Source of the DNA: a virus
IMG/VR virus record: IMGVR_UViG_3300037246_001555
Span: 23,490 to 87,489 of that record
Length of the DNA: 64,000 nucleotides
Direction: 5' to 3' (one strand)
Shown here one piece after another: positions 35,919 to 45,389 of this stretch; the stretch's first letter is position 1; the number at the start of each line of letters is the position of its first letter. Position numbers and translations under genes: made by a program. Under the pieces are notes generated by a model that worked only from the letters and a program-made list of their open reading frames with translations, had not been told where the DNA came from and did no database searches.

Positions 35919-35939
35919 CTCTAGTAAATAATGCCGTTT
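35919..35939 (-). promoter_or_regulatory. Conserved promoter-like motif, copy 4 (AAACGGCATTATTTACTAGAG on minus)
   Basis: Plus strand reads ctctagtaaataatgccgttt; intergenic. Confidence 0.75.
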
Positions 35940-35968
35940 CGTGCTAGTCGGTGGCCGAACTTTCTCGT

Positions 35969-36193
35969 TTAATCTGGGGCGTCGCCGATACTGGTGTAGG
36001 GTATTACAAAGGCGTCCTCGGGCTCGCTGTCACAAATCTCCCTCCAGTCCCAGTAAGAGTCACCGACCGACAGGCTATTGACCCTCCAATCCCAAGAATT
36101 GACTCTTAGGCCCTCTCCGAAATGACCCTTCACTACGATCTCTAGAGAGCCGTCAATACCTTCGAGTTTCTCGCGTAGATCGTCAACTGTCAC
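35969..36193 (-). CDS. Small acidic hypothetical protein
   Basis: MTVDDLREKLE; resembles 34486-34722. Confidence 0.55.
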   Translation of the reverse strand: MTVDDLREKLEGIDGSLEIVVKGHFGEGLRVNSWDWRVNSLSVGDSYWDWREICDSEPEDAFVIPYTSIGDAPD

Positions 36194-36819
36194 GGCGTCA
36201 CCCCGTACCCAAAACTCTCCAGTGATAGGTCGAAATCTCCCGTCCCCCTAACTAGCTCCAGCATCTCAGCCGCTATCTCTTGGATCTCCAGTTGAGCGTC
36301 CGGCTTGTTCCTAAGTCCTTGGAAGTGCATGAAGGATCGGAAGTTGAAGCTGACGTCCATGACTGTTTGATTAGCGTAAGGCAGCATGAATCTGGCCGAC
36401 TCCTTGGCTCTCTTGCGGGAGAGACCGGACAGCCCTAGCCGCGTGAGCAACAGGTGATAGTCCTTGTACCGTTCTTCCATCTCGCTTTGGAATTGCTCCT
36501 TGATATCCTCAGGCCAGTCCTCAGGAACGAGCCACTTGTCCCCCTTCAGCTCCTTGTACCTAGCCGACTCGGCGTTTATGCTCACTCCGATACGGTGTTT
36601 GATCAAATGGATGTGGCTGGCGGTATCGCAAGTCACGAGAAAGTGCAGCATGCTCTTTTCGAACGGGGTGTGGTGTCCCGCCCTAGCTAGCGTCCCCAGG
36701 AAGCTCCCTATTCTTGCCCTCTTATCTGGAGTCAGTTCTCTCTCTGTTGAGGACCAACCACTTAGCGCGTGGGTAAGATCGCCGCCGTAATGGCCTAGTA
36801 GCTCTACTTTGTTGTCCAT
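36190..36819 (-). CDS. thyX: FAD-dependent thymidylate synthase ThyX
   Basis: H.TPFE, HLIKHRIGVSINAESARY, KESAR..LP, LR....AQ.EI; ATG 36819 with GAGG RBS. Confidence 0.93.
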   Translation of the reverse strand: MDNKVELLGHYGGDLTHALSGWSSTERELTPDKRARIGSFLGTLARAGHHTPFEKSMLHFLVTCDTASHIHLIKHRIGVSINAESARYKELKGDKWLVPEDWPEDIKEQFQSEMEERYKDYHLLLTRLGLSGLSRKRAKESARFMLPYANQTVMDVSFNFRSFMHFQGLRNKPDAQLEIQEIAAEMLELVRGTGDFDLSLESFGYGVTP

Positions 36820-36823
36820 ACCT

Positions 36824-36973
36824 CTACCCCATCCCCCAGATTGTGCGGTGCCTGATTTCACCCCAAGAATGTTTCTGGCACCGCTCAAGCTTCTCGGGAC
36901 TTATAGCAGTGCAGTGGCAACTGAATAAGTGATGATACTCCTCAGGTTTCTCAGGCTTGGACTTTAGTCTCAT
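36824..36973 (-). CDS. Small hypothetical protein
   Basis: GGGAG RBS before ATG 36973. Confidence 0.4.
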   Translation of the reverse strand: MRLKSKPEKPEEYHHLFSCHCTAISPEKLERCQKHSWGEIRHRTIWGMG

Positions 36974-37098
36974 GGTGTTCTCCCTAGTAAATAGTCTACG
37001 AGGCTGTATTCGGTCGGAAAGAGTAGCGTGCACACAACCCCGAGTGCCGCCACTGCCCAGAAGATATGGATCAGGCTCAGATTAGATCCCCGCTTCAT
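36970..37098 (-). CDS. Small single-TM peptide (42 aa, not in ORF track)
   Basis: Hand-translated MKRGSNLSLIHIFWAVAALGVVCTLLFPTEYSLVDYLLGRTP; ATGA coupling to the next gene. Confidence 0.45.
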   Translation of the reverse strand: MKRGSNLSLIHIFWAVAALGVVCTLLFPTEYSLVDYLLGRTP

Positions 37099-37501
37099 CG
37101 CGAGCTTTTAGCGCTTCTTCAATAGTGGTGTAGGTCCCTATATTTCCAGCCGCCCTTGATTTTACTTGCCACCTTTCTCGATTACGGTAGATATGGTGCA
37201 TGGGGTTATTCCTACGACAGCAATGATTACGGAGGTTCTCTCTGTGGGTTACCGTACGTAGATTTTCTCGTCGATTGTCCAACGTGTCCCCGTTTATGTG
37301 ATCCACCTCTAAGCCCTTAGGCTCGTTCATTAGAACTCGATGTAGGTACGTGAATTGTCTTGTCTTATGGCAACGCCTTGCCGCATAGATTTTTCCGTGT
37401 CCGCTGTCGTGAGCATACCACTTAAAGCTACCTACCAACTTTTCATCTTCGTTGTCAATAAGCGCAGTCAGCCCTTTAGATAACGCAACTGTCGCCATCA
37501 C
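37082..37501 (-). CDS. HNH homing endonuclease
   Basis: LHR..M, VDHINGDTLDNRRENLR; AT-richer than flanks. Confidence 0.9.
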   Translation of the reverse strand: MMATVALSKGLTALIDNEDEKLVGSFKWYAHDSGHGKIYAARRCHKTRQFTYLHRVLMNEPKGLEVDHINGDTLDNRRENLRTVTHRENLRNHCCRRNNPMHHIYRNRERWQVKSRAAGNIGTYTTIEEALKARDEAGI

Positions 37502-39449
37502 ACCCTCGCTCTTCTATCCTATCTTCTGGACCGATTACGTCGTAGCGAACCTTCTTTATCTTGCTAGACTGTTCTTCGTACTGCTCCTTGGTGATCTTCT
37601 CGTACGGCGCTTGCTTGTAGAGCTTGTCCCCGCGGAGCGGCAAGAAGGACACGGCCTTGAGCCTCTTCTCGTACATCGTCAAGGCATGAGCCAGGTCCGC
37701 CTCATCCTCCTTGCGCACGGTGATCGTCACGCTGACTTGGTTGTCCGACCATTTCGCCTGCATGGCAGCAGATAGTTCAAACTGCTCCCAGACGGAGATC
37801 TGATCCTTGGACCGTTCGAAGTGCGGCTCATGGACGGGGAATTCTACCACCATAGTGTGCTCTTGTTCGTATGCGTCCGGCACCACGTTGTAACCGGCCT
37901 CCTTCATGATCCCCACCAGCTCGCTGTTCTTGTTCACTCGGACCCTCCGAATGTAGTACTCGGAGTGGGGGAAGTGAATACCCGGCGTAACCCCAGGCAG
38001 GAGGCTAACGGTGCCAGAAGGCTTGACCGTGGTCACCTTCCGCGAGCGAGGGATGCACAGCCAGTCAGAGTAAACAACGTCCCACTTCTTGACTGTCTGG
38101 TAGCCGTCTTCGCACCAGTTGAGATGCTCTCGGAAGCCTACCTTGTTGATTTGTTCAATGATCCCGCTCTGGCTGAGCCCGATACGGCGGTTTCGAAACA
38201 TCACCGCGTTCGTCCGCGGATCGTGAGTAGAGATTAGAGTCACGGTTTTGGCGTACATATAAGCGTACTTTAGAGTGCGCGTGTAGTCCTCCAGGGTGGT
38301 GTGCCTAGAGGGGAATGTCTCCACGAGATTGCACAGCTCAAACGATTCCAAGCTCTGCTCTCCGCAGGGGTTACAGCCCTTTACTCGGTGGTCTTTATGC
38401 GTCTTGCCGTCACACGTACGCCCATATGCCCTAGCGTTGTCCAACCAAAAGATCCCCGGTTCGCCATTCTTGATTGCACGAGCGGCGATCTCATCGTAGT
38501 TCATTCCGATGTGGCCTATGATGCTGTTATTGGACGCCCATCGGGCCTTCTCCGGGTTGTTGATGTTCTCCTCACTCTTCAGATCCAGAAACTCCTCATC
38601 ATCGGGGCTGCCGAAAGCGATCTCTGCTGTGCGTCGGATGCCTCCCGCAACTACCGCCTCTCCGGCGTAGTTCATCAAGTCCACGATAAGAGTGGAGTCC
38701 ACACGAAGATCCGGCCCAGCATAAGTGTCGCACAGTTTGATCGTACGCTCAATCAGTTTCTTTAGCGGGTCCGGGCCGGGGGCGATTCCGCCAAAGCCCT
38801 TTATCGGGCTGCCTGCCCCTCGAATCTCGCTGAAGTCAAACTCCGAAGGTAGGGTGTCCCGTCCCGAGTATGAATCCAACACCCGCTTGAATGCCGCTGT
38901 CCAGCCCTCTCTGCTATCCTCTACTACGTGCTTCTCCTTGGTGATACGAGGAACTCTCAACTCTACGTCAAGCTGTGACCCGTCAGTATCGAACCCTACT
39001 CCCACGCCTAGAAGAGACATGTCCATCAACCACACAAAGGGGGCTGAGAATTCTCTGTTGATCTCGTCCGTGGACACAAATCCGCAGTTGTTAAGGCAAG
39101 CGCCCCCTCTTTCGAACATGAAAGGCGTGCCCATCGACCACAGACCCCTCCCGGGAGGGAGGAACTCCATGTCAAAGATCAGCCGGTACATCTCCTGAGC
39201 AGAGTGCTGCGCGCGGCGCTCGTTCCACGGCAACTTCCAATCATGACAGTGGATTTTCTGCACGAGGAAGCAGCCCTCAACTACACGTTGAGTTGTCTGC
39301 CACCACTCCTCGGTCTTACTACCTACGGTTGGGCGCGCGTACGTTCGCTTATAGCTGAAGTAGCCTAGTGGGCCCCACAGAACGGTTTTACGCTTATACT
39401 TCTTTAGGAAGTTATCTGTGAGTCTGAACTCAATCTCACGATGAATCAC
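37476..39449 (-). CDS. nrdJ: Class II (adenosylcobalamin) ribonucleotide reductase, monomeric RTPR type
   Basis: PPGRGLW, NNC, NPCGEQ.L...ELCNL, TTVKPSGTVS, C-terminal CDGDSC. Confidence 0.93.
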   Translation of the reverse strand: MIHREIEFRLTDNFLKKYKRKTVLWGPLGYFSYKRTYARPTVGSKTEEWWQTTQRVVEGCFLVQKIHCHDWKLPWNERRAQHSAQEMYRLIFDMEFLPPGRGLWSMGTPFMFERGGACLNNCGFVSTDEINREFSAPFVWLMDMSLLGVGVGFDTDGSQLDVELRVPRITKEKHVVEDSREGWTAAFKRVLDSYSGRDTLPSEFDFSEIRGAGSPIKGFGGIAPGPDPLKKLIERTIKLCDTYAGPDLRVDSTLIVDLMNYAGEAVVAGGIRRTAEIAFGSPDDEEFLDLKSEENINNPEKARWASNNSIIGHIGMNYDEIAARAIKNGEPGIFWLDNARAYGRTCDGKTHKDHRVKGCNPCGEQSLESFELCNLVETFPSRHTTLEDYTRTLKYAYMYAKTVTLISTHDPRTNAVMFRNRRIGLSQSGIIEQINKVGFREHLNWCEDGYQTVKKWDVVYSDWLCIPRSRKVTTVKPSGTVSLLPGVTPGIHFPHSEYYIRRVRVNKNSELVGIMKEAGYNVVPDAYEQEHTMVVEFPVHEPHFERSKDQISVWEQFELSAAMQAKWSDNQVSVTITVRKEDEADLAHALTMYEKRLKAVSFLPLRGDKLYKQAPYEKITKEQYEEQSSKIKKVRYDVIGPEDRIEERGCDGDSCVI

Positions 39450-39748
39450 TTCCGAATCTCCTTGTTACCGGGAGTCCAGTCCCAGTCTGGTTTCTCCTCT
39501 CTAATCTTTGTTGCTACTTTGTCCATACACTGTTCAGTCATATGGGAGTAGTCACTTCCTACCAGTATATGAGCTTCGTCCTTCTGCATGAATTTCCCGC
39601 ACCCCGCGCATCTTCGGTGTTTAGACGAGATGATTGGAGCAGGGTTCTCAGCGGCGCTCGCCATAACCTCCGCGGTGTGGTTCCTAAATTGAGCTGTCCA
39701 CGCCCGTATCTGCTCGGCCGTCATACCCCAGAACATTACGTCAACCAC
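39446..39748 (-). CDS. Hypothetical protein, possible zinc finger
   Basis: CAGCGK...H...C. Confidence 0.5.
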   Translation of the reverse strand: MVDVMFWGMTAEQIRAWTAQFRNHTAEVMASAAENPAPIISSKHRRCAGCGKFMQKDEAHILVGSDYSHMTEQCMDKVATKIREEKPDWDWTPGNKEIRK

Positions 39749-40239
39749 ACCATCTTCGGAAAGAGGCGCCCCTCGATAGTGAAATCTCTACCGAACACTT
39801 CAACGTGCTGGCGTTCGTACTCGGACGCTCTAATCCAGCCGTCTTTAGTCATGAAGCCCCAATCCTTCAAGTGCTTAAAGGCAATGAACAAAGTCCAGCA
39901 CGAACCCGGCTCATCCCCATCAATCAGCTCCAGACGATGAAACTCCTTGGCGCTGCGGAAGATAATGTCCCCCGCTTTTCTATCCAGATATGTGCCGTCC
40001 ATGAAGTGCTCGCGGTATCTCCCCTTCAGGATGATACTGATATTCCACCAGGGATGGCAATGCAAATCATCCGGGTCATTAGCCCACAGCCTATGCAGAT
40101 ATGTGCGGCCCTGCTTGGACCTCCAAAGGAAGTACCGCTCAAGGTAGTCTGCCTCGTTGCGCTTAATCATACGCCAAGAGCCCCGCCGCTTCAACCCCTC
40201 TAAGATGAGATTAGTTACTGACATTGTACCTCCAATCAC
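39736..40239 (-). CDS. Cupin-fold phage protein
   Basis: YLHR....D....H.HPW..IS.IL.G.Y.E...FHRLEL...WTLF. Confidence 0.7.
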   Translation of the reverse strand: MIGGTMSVTNLILEGLKRRGSWRMIKRNEADYLERYFLWRSKQGRTYLHRLWANDPDDLHCHPWWNISIILKGRYREHFMDGTYLDRKAGDIIFRSAKEFHRLELIDGDEPGSCWTLFIAFKHLKDWGFMTKDGWIRASEYERQHVEVFGRDFTIEGRLFPKMVWLT

Positions 40240-41764
40240 CCCAAAGGATGTGAACGAGTTGACGCTTACCGTTGGGCGCGATAATGCAATGGGTGTTCAT
40301 CCAGCTAGAAGCGCCGGACGTATAGTCCAATCTCAGCTCAGAGCTGGTTCCCACCCGGGTAGCTCCCTTGAAGATTTCCGGGCTGTGAAGATGGGCGGTT
40401 ACAGTCTTAGCTCCAATCCTGGCGAACGCCTGTATGTTGCCTCTGGCCCCGTCTGACCCCCGATGACCGTGATAACCCAGATAGTTGTCCTTGACTATGA
40501 ACGGGTAATCCTCTTGGAGGTAGATCACATCAGCTTTGCAGTTCTCTTGCATCCACCACGTGAACGGGTGGAACGGCTGCTTAGTCCTTATCGCCTTTAG
40601 CCACGCGGCCCACATTTCATGGTAGATCTCAGCATTCCACAGCTCCGTTCTCCAGTCCACCTCCTCAAGCCACCGTTTGATATGGTCGTGGTGGTTGGAT
40701 GGCACGATAACGCTAGTGGAGAAGTCCGGGGTGGTCTCTTCAACGTGCTGCGCTACTCTCTTCAACTCACCAAAGAGACAGTTCTTCCCCTCAAGGTACT
40801 TTTCGTACCTAGTCGAGGGGGACTTTTGATGGTGGTGGCTAATGGAGCCGCCGTCGATAACGTCATGACGGACGATGTATTTCGGACGAAGCGTTTGAAC
40901 GATTGAGTCCGGTCCCTCGAAAGTGGCCCTCTTCACATCCTGACTCAACACGTCTACATGCTCATCACCCAGGATGATAGCCTCAACGCGATTGATCTTT
41001 TTGACGCCGCGGCTAGTGATATGGTAGTTTAGATCGTAGAACTCAGAGTCCTTATCGCCCGTTACCGTACGAAGATGGAAGATCTCTTCTTCCCGGTCTA
41101 CCTCAATAACTGAGAACCCCAGCGAGTGGTGCTCTTCACCCTTCTTCCCAGACTTACTCTTGGAATAGTTCTTCTGGCTTATGGAGCCCGTGGTTTGGAG
41201 GATCTTGGGTAGTCTATTCTGCGGCGTCGCGACCGTCTTCATCTGGATCTGGGCGTGACCGAAGACAGCAGAATCCGCACCTGTGAGGGTCTCAAATCCT
41301 GTGAGCGGGTTGACCGCACACGCGCCAATGCCCGCATCGCCAACAACTCGAATCCCTGGAGCTATCTGGATTTGCTGTTCGATGAGGTAAGGCTCTACCT
41401 CGGGCGGCCACCAAGCCACCTTGGAGGCTAGCTCCCCCGGGCACGTCGGGTTCCGGTACAGCAGTTTGACCACAAGGATCTGCGCGTCTCGGAACTTGGC
41501 ATACTTCTTGATGCCGGCCCAAGCCTTTAGGTCTAGGGGGGTGTTATTTTGAGCGCAGGTGACGACAAATATGTCGCTATCCCTCATCCCTGCCAGTTCG
41601 TCTTCAGTGCGCTTGAATGCGGGCACCTCATCGTAGGTAAGTAAAGCCTTGCTCCACCTATTACAGGCCCGGCACTTCAGGCGGGCGTACTCTTCTCCGT
41701 CTTTCTCACGAGTGCCTCGGCGCTCTACGTCCCCAGACTTACAATGCTCGCACATGAATGTCAT
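40211..41764 (-). CDS. Metallophosphoesterase/nuclease, T5 A1-like, with an N-terminal zinc ribbon
   Basis: AQNNT, GDEH, HDV.DG, SNH, HGH, AHLHSP; N-terminal CEHC...CRAC. Confidence 0.7.
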   Translation of the reverse strand: MTFMCEHCKSGDVERRGTREKDGEEYARLKCRACNRWSKALLTYDEVPAFKRTEDELAGMRDSDIFVVTCAQNNTPLDLKAWAGIKKYAKFRDAQILVVKLLYRNPTCPGELASKVAWWPPEVEPYLIEQQIQIAPGIRVVGDAGIGACAVNPLTGFETLTGADSAVFGHAQIQMKTVATPQNRLPKILQTTGSISQKNYSKSKSGKKGEEHHSLGFSVIEVDREEEIFHLRTVTGDKDSEFYDLNYHITSRGVKKINRVEAIILGDEHVDVLSQDVKRATFEGPDSIVQTLRPKYIVRHDVIDGGSISHHHQKSPSTRYEKYLEGKNCLFGELKRVAQHVEETTPDFSTSVIVPSNHHDHIKRWLEEVDWRTELWNAEIYHEMWAAWLKAIRTKQPFHPFTWWMQENCKADVIYLQEDYPFIVKDNYLGYHGHRGSDGARGNIQAFARIGAKTVTAHLHSPEIFKGATRVGTSSELRLDYTSGASSWMNTHCIIAPNGKRQLVHILWGDWRYNVSN

Positions 41765-42168
41765 TGCTTGTTCTCTTCCTCTTCACGTACCTTCTCCAGG
41801 CGAGGTTCAGCTATCTCTTTGTACCACTCAAGGAATTCCCCTAATTCAAACGTAATCATGCTCTTGGCGAGACCGGACCCATGAGGACACCACACTACAG
41901 CCGGGATAGTCATTCCATAAGCATTTGCCGCTGCTTGCCTCATCTCAGCCGCTGCGGGGTGCTTGCGAGTTTTCTTCGCTTCGATTGAGACGGGAAAAGT
42001 GCGTCGGCCTAGTGGGCTGAGCGGGATGTCGATGCCGGAGGAGCCCATCGAACAGCTCCCTACGTCCCCCTCCCCAAGCCACGGAAACGCCTCCAATAGC
42101 CTATCTCGGATGTAGTTTTGAAGTCTTTTGCCTTTCCCCTTAGCCGACGAGGTCTTAATCCCGCTCAT
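41761..42168 (-). CDS. Holliday junction resolvase-like PD-(D/E)xK nuclease
   Basis: SAKGKGKRLQ, G.DI.LSP, SIEAK. Confidence 0.75.
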   Translation of the reverse strand: MSGIKTSSAKGKGKRLQNYIRDRLLEAFPWLGEGDVGSCSMGSSGIDIPLSPLGRRTFPVSIEAKKTRKHPAAAEMRQAAANAYGMTIPAVVWCPHGSGLAKSMITFELGEFLEWYKEIAEPRLEKVREEEENKQ

Positions 42169-42403
42169 CCTTCCTCCATTTTAAGTAGCCTTGTACGGCT
42201 AGAATGTTGAAGATGACACCCTCAATGCCGATGACGATAGACGGCATGAGAATGCCGTAGATCATCCACGCTGTATTCCCCAGAAAGTTGAGCACCCACC
42301 CGGTCTTGCTCTTATTTGCCAAGCATATGTTGGCAAAGAACAAACAGAACGACGCGGCGGCGGCTAAGCCCTCTAGCTCCCAACGAATGTCTCCGAACGT
42401 CAT
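42155..42403 (-). CDS. Small 3-TM membrane protein (PnuC-like half unit)
   Basis: K.K.GW...GN..W..YG...GY.KW. Confidence 0.55.
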   Translation of the reverse strand: MTFGDIRWELEGLAAAASFCLFFANICLANKSKTGWVLNFLGNTAWMIYGILMPSIVIGIEGVIFNILAVQGYLKWRKDERD

Positions 42404-42525
42404 GACTTCCTACGGAACACATAGCCTAGCCACCCAGAGATAGCAGCCAAAAAGCAGGGCAGGGCAATCTTCAACCAGAGAGGGTCACTTACGGCCTCGA
42501 TGACGATTCTTTGCTCTGGCTGCAC
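42400..42525 (-). CDS. Small single-TM peptide (41 aa, not in ORF track)
   Basis: Hand-translated (M)QPEQRIVIEAVSDPLWLKIALPCFLAAISGWLGYVFRRKS; coupled at both ends. Confidence 0.5.
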   Translation of the reverse strand: MQPEQRIVIEAVSDPLWLKIALPCFLAAISGWLGYVFRRKS

Positions 42526-42830
42526 TATTTCCCCCTCCGCGTGAGAGTGGTTTCGCTACTCGAAACAAGGGCTGTATCGTCTAGGCCGAAGATCTCTCGC
42601 CCAGCCTTACGAGCCCTAGTTCGAGTGTCGGATTCTGGCTGTTCTGCCTCTAGCTCCTCAGTACGATCAGCGATACGCTCTACCAGCCCGTCAAAGACTA
42701 AGCCTAGCTGCTCATCTAGTTTGACCTGAATGAAGTCTCCGGCGCGATCAAGCGACCTTCGGTCACTTATGAACAGCGCTATCTCATGTACTATTTCCCG
42801 CGTGAGGGCTGGTTTGAGTCGATTATCCAT
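42525..42830 (-). CDS. Hypothetical protein
   Basis: TAATG coupling to clpP gives start MDNRL. Confidence 0.55.
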   Translation of the reverse strand: MDNRLKPALTREIVHEIALFISDRRSLDRAGDFIQVKLDEQLGLVFDGLVERIADRTEELEAEQPESDTRTRARKAGREIFGLDDTALVSSSETTLTRRGK

Positions 42831-43525
42831 TACTTTCGCTCCAACTGCCAGTCGGTGTACTGAGTGACTGAATGCCAATCAGTGAATATTTCGTCGGCGA
42901 AGCCGTACTTGATCGCGTCACCTGCCAGCAGGTACACGTCTTCTTTCCGGTCCATTTGGTCCTTCAACCATTCCTTGATCCGCTTTCGACTCCAAGTCTT
43001 CATCTTTCCGTGAGGTGTTCGCTTCATAGCGTTAATGTAGACATTGTGCATCTGGTCATCGGCGTGCTTGACAAACTCTATGTCGGACATAACCGATTTC
43101 CATGAGCCGGCTGAGGCTAAGGTCCCCTCATGAAACATGAACGTACTATGAGGCATCATGATACGCTTGTTGGCGGCTTGAAAAATGATGGAGGACATTG
43201 ATCGGGCATGGCTATAGTTGATGATAGTAACAGGGTTTGGAGCTGCTATGATAGCGTCATACATAGCCATACCCTCAGCCCAATCACCCCCGCACGTTTT
43301 CATGGATACGGTGATGGGCTTTTCAGGGTTTATGCCCGAAAGCATATCGAGATTCTTGATGAACCGATTTGCCATCCGGTACTCTACGCCGGGTTCCCCC
43401 TCCTCTTCACCGGCCGTCCACTCCTCTACTCCTTGCAAGTAGATCAGGAATTCATCTCGGTCTAGTCCGTATTCATGAACATCGGACCCTCGATAGTTTT
43501 GCTTCTCAGTGAACGCTGCTGACAT
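42830..43525 (-). CDS. clpP: ClpP-family protease subunit
   Basis: T.GGD..EGMAMYDAI, ARSM (catalytic Ser), FMFH (His), D.YL.A.DA.KYGFAD. Confidence 0.85.
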   Translation of the reverse strand: MSAAFTEKQNYRGSDVHEYGLDRDEFLIYLQGVEEWTAGEEEGEPGVEYRMANRFIKNLDMLSGINPEKPITVSMKTCGGDWAEGMAMYDAIIAAPNPVTIINYSHARSMSSIIFQAANKRIMMPHSTFMFHEGTLASAGSWKSVMSDIEFVKHADDQMHNVYINAMKRTPHGKMKTWSRKRIKEWLKDQMDRKEDVYLLAGDAIKYGFADEIFTDWHSVTQYTDWQLERK

Positions 43526-45389
43526 TGCTGATGCCTCGTGATTTAGTGACGTGTATGCGATTTGGGATGAGCCCCTTGAGAGACTCCTCATTGCTGATGA
43601 GAAGAACGGTATCTCGTCCCCCTTCAACTTCAGAAGTCAAGTACTCCACTACGGCCTCGCCATTTCGTTCGTCTAGCTCAGTGAACGGCTCGTCAAGTAT
43701 TAGGAAGCCGCTTGATGCACCGGCCACCCTACTGGCTAGGTCCGCCAGTGACAGCCCGACGGCAAAACTGACCATTTGCTGCTCGCCGCCGGAAAGTGAG
43801 TCGAATCCCTTCCCGCCGGTCTCCGACCATACGTGGACGGTGAACTCTTCTTTTGCGGAGCCATCAGCCAGACGTTTAACGGTGCTGAACTCGCAGTGCA
43901 TTTGAGCGTTTTGCAACCGGCCAAGGTGGTACTCTGTGCGGGCGTCTAGGAACGGACAGGCATCTTCGAATAACTTCAGCTTCAGCTCCTTCCCGTAAAC
44001 GTCCTTCCAATAGGCCAGGTGCTCGACCTCCTCACGGAGTGTAGCAAGATCCTTGTGCATCCCGTGTAGCGCCCCTCCGAGTTGAGACACTTCCCCCTTC
44101 AGTCTCTTAAAGATTTCCCCGTGGGGGTTCTTTTCGTTGTCTACTGTAGCGAGCCGCTCCCTGGCTCCCGCCTCAGCCGCCTCCTGCTTTGCGCGAATGA
44201 TCTCCGTTCGCTGTTCAAGCCTACCTGTCAGATTCAGCTTGCGTTCGAGATCTTGGCGCCCACGTAGTAGCTCTGTCCGCTGCTTGGAGAGGCTCTGCTC
44301 CTCCGCAATATAGTGACCCGACACCTCAGAGCAGCTAGCGAGGACTTGAACACTATCCTTTATCTGCTCGTCTAGTTGTTCGGCCTTCTCCTTCACGGCC
44401 GTTTGAGTAGTTGCATCGTAGTCTCTCTTGCAAACGGGACATTGCGACTCGGCGTTTATAGCTCTCCTACCCGCAGTGAGAGACTGAAACTTTGCCTCCC
44501 ACAAGCTATGACTTAGATTGCACTCTCTGACGGTTTCCTGCGCCTTAGACAAAGAAGCAGCTACTTCTTCTATCCTCATGTCCAGGGATACCAAATCAAT
44601 CCCGAGTGAATCCTTGGTTGTGCCTTCCAATGAGGCCCTATCAGCCTCCAAAAGATCCCATTCGGGCTTGAAGTCCTTCTTGACTAGAACTAGATGCGAT
44701 TCGGCATTATGTCGGCGCGTTGTCCTTCCCTCTTCAAACTCGATCCCGTCTGTCTCTGCCCTGACCTTCTGACCCTCCAACGCGGCGAGGCGTCCCTGGA
44801 GTTCCCGTATACCCAGCTCACTCTCATTCAGCTTAGGCCTCAGCTCCTTGAGTTGCTTGTCGGCGTAGACGGCCCACCGATCAACCTCCTCCATCGGAAG
44901 GATCTGTTCAAGTACGGCCTTCTGCTCCTTAGGAGGTAAGCTGGGATAAGGAACCCCGCGCCCCTGCCCGAAGAATGACGTTTGCACAAAAGTCCTAAAG
45001 TCAAATCCCAGGACCCGGTCTACAGTACTTTGTGTAGCCTTGGCGGTATGAGCCGAGATATCTGTTACACCCTTGAACAAAGATAGCTTAGCCGGGCGCT
45101 CCCTTCGGATCTTGTAGACTTCTCCGTCCGCGCCTTCGAATTCAATCTCTCCGAAGCACTTCCGCTTCCCATGCCGATTGAGGACGGCGTCAGCCCTCAA
45201 GCCACCAGCCGTCTCGCCGAACAACGTCCACAGTATCGCTTTGTTAGCAAGACTGGACTTGCCCGCCCCATTGGACGAATGCTCGTCCTCGGAGTAGCCA
45301 GTTACCAATGTCAGCCCACGCCCTTGCAAGTTGATCTCTCCCTCCCCAAGAGAGAACAGATTCTTGAACTTGAGACTCAGCAGTTTCAT
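43506..45389 (-). CDS. sbcC: SbcC/Rad50/gp46-like ATPase
   Basis: NGAGKS Walker A, CPVC zinc hook, LSGGE signature, LILDEP. Confidence 0.92.
   Translation of the reverse strand: MKLLSLKFKNLFSLGEGEINLQGRGLTLVTGYSEDEHSSNGAGKSSLANKAILWTLFGETAGGLRADAVLNRHGKRKCFGEIEFEGADGEVYKIRRERPAKLSLFKGVTDISAHTAKATQSTVDRVLGFDFRTFVQTSFFGQGRGVPYPSLPPKEQKAVLEQILPMEEVDRWAVYADKQLKELRPKLNESELGIRELQGRLAALEGQKVRAETDGIEFEEGRTTRRHNAESHLVLVKKDFKPEWDLLEADRASLEGTTKDSLGIDLVSLDMRIEEVAASLSKAQETVRECNLSHSLWEAKFQSLTAGRRAINAESQCPVCKRDYDATTQTAVKEKAEQLDEQIKDSVQVLASCSEVSGHYIAEEQSLSKQRTELLRGRQDLERKLNLTGRLEQRTEIIRAKQEAAEAGARERLATVDNEKNPHGEIFKRLKGEVSQLGGALHGMHKDLATLREEVEHLAYWKDVYGKELKLKLFEDACPFLDARTEYHLGRLQNAQMHCEFSTVKRLADGSAKEEFTVHVWSETGGKGFDSLSGGEQQMVSFAVGLSLADLASRVAGASSGFLILDEPFTELDERNGEAVVEYLTSEVEGGRDTVLLISNEESLKGLIPNRIHVTKSRGISNVSSVH

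Noticed and set aside
36982-36993. Seventh copy of the promoter motif (TATTTACTAGGG on minus)
   Set aside because: Only the 3' half matches, ACGG[C/T]AT is missing, and it lies inside a small ORF. It may be a weak site but cannot be supported.
37082-39449. Group I intron or intein in nrdJ associated with the HNH gene
   Set aside because: NrdJ is continuous and ends with its C-terminal cysteine pair; the HNH gene only overlaps the 3' end.
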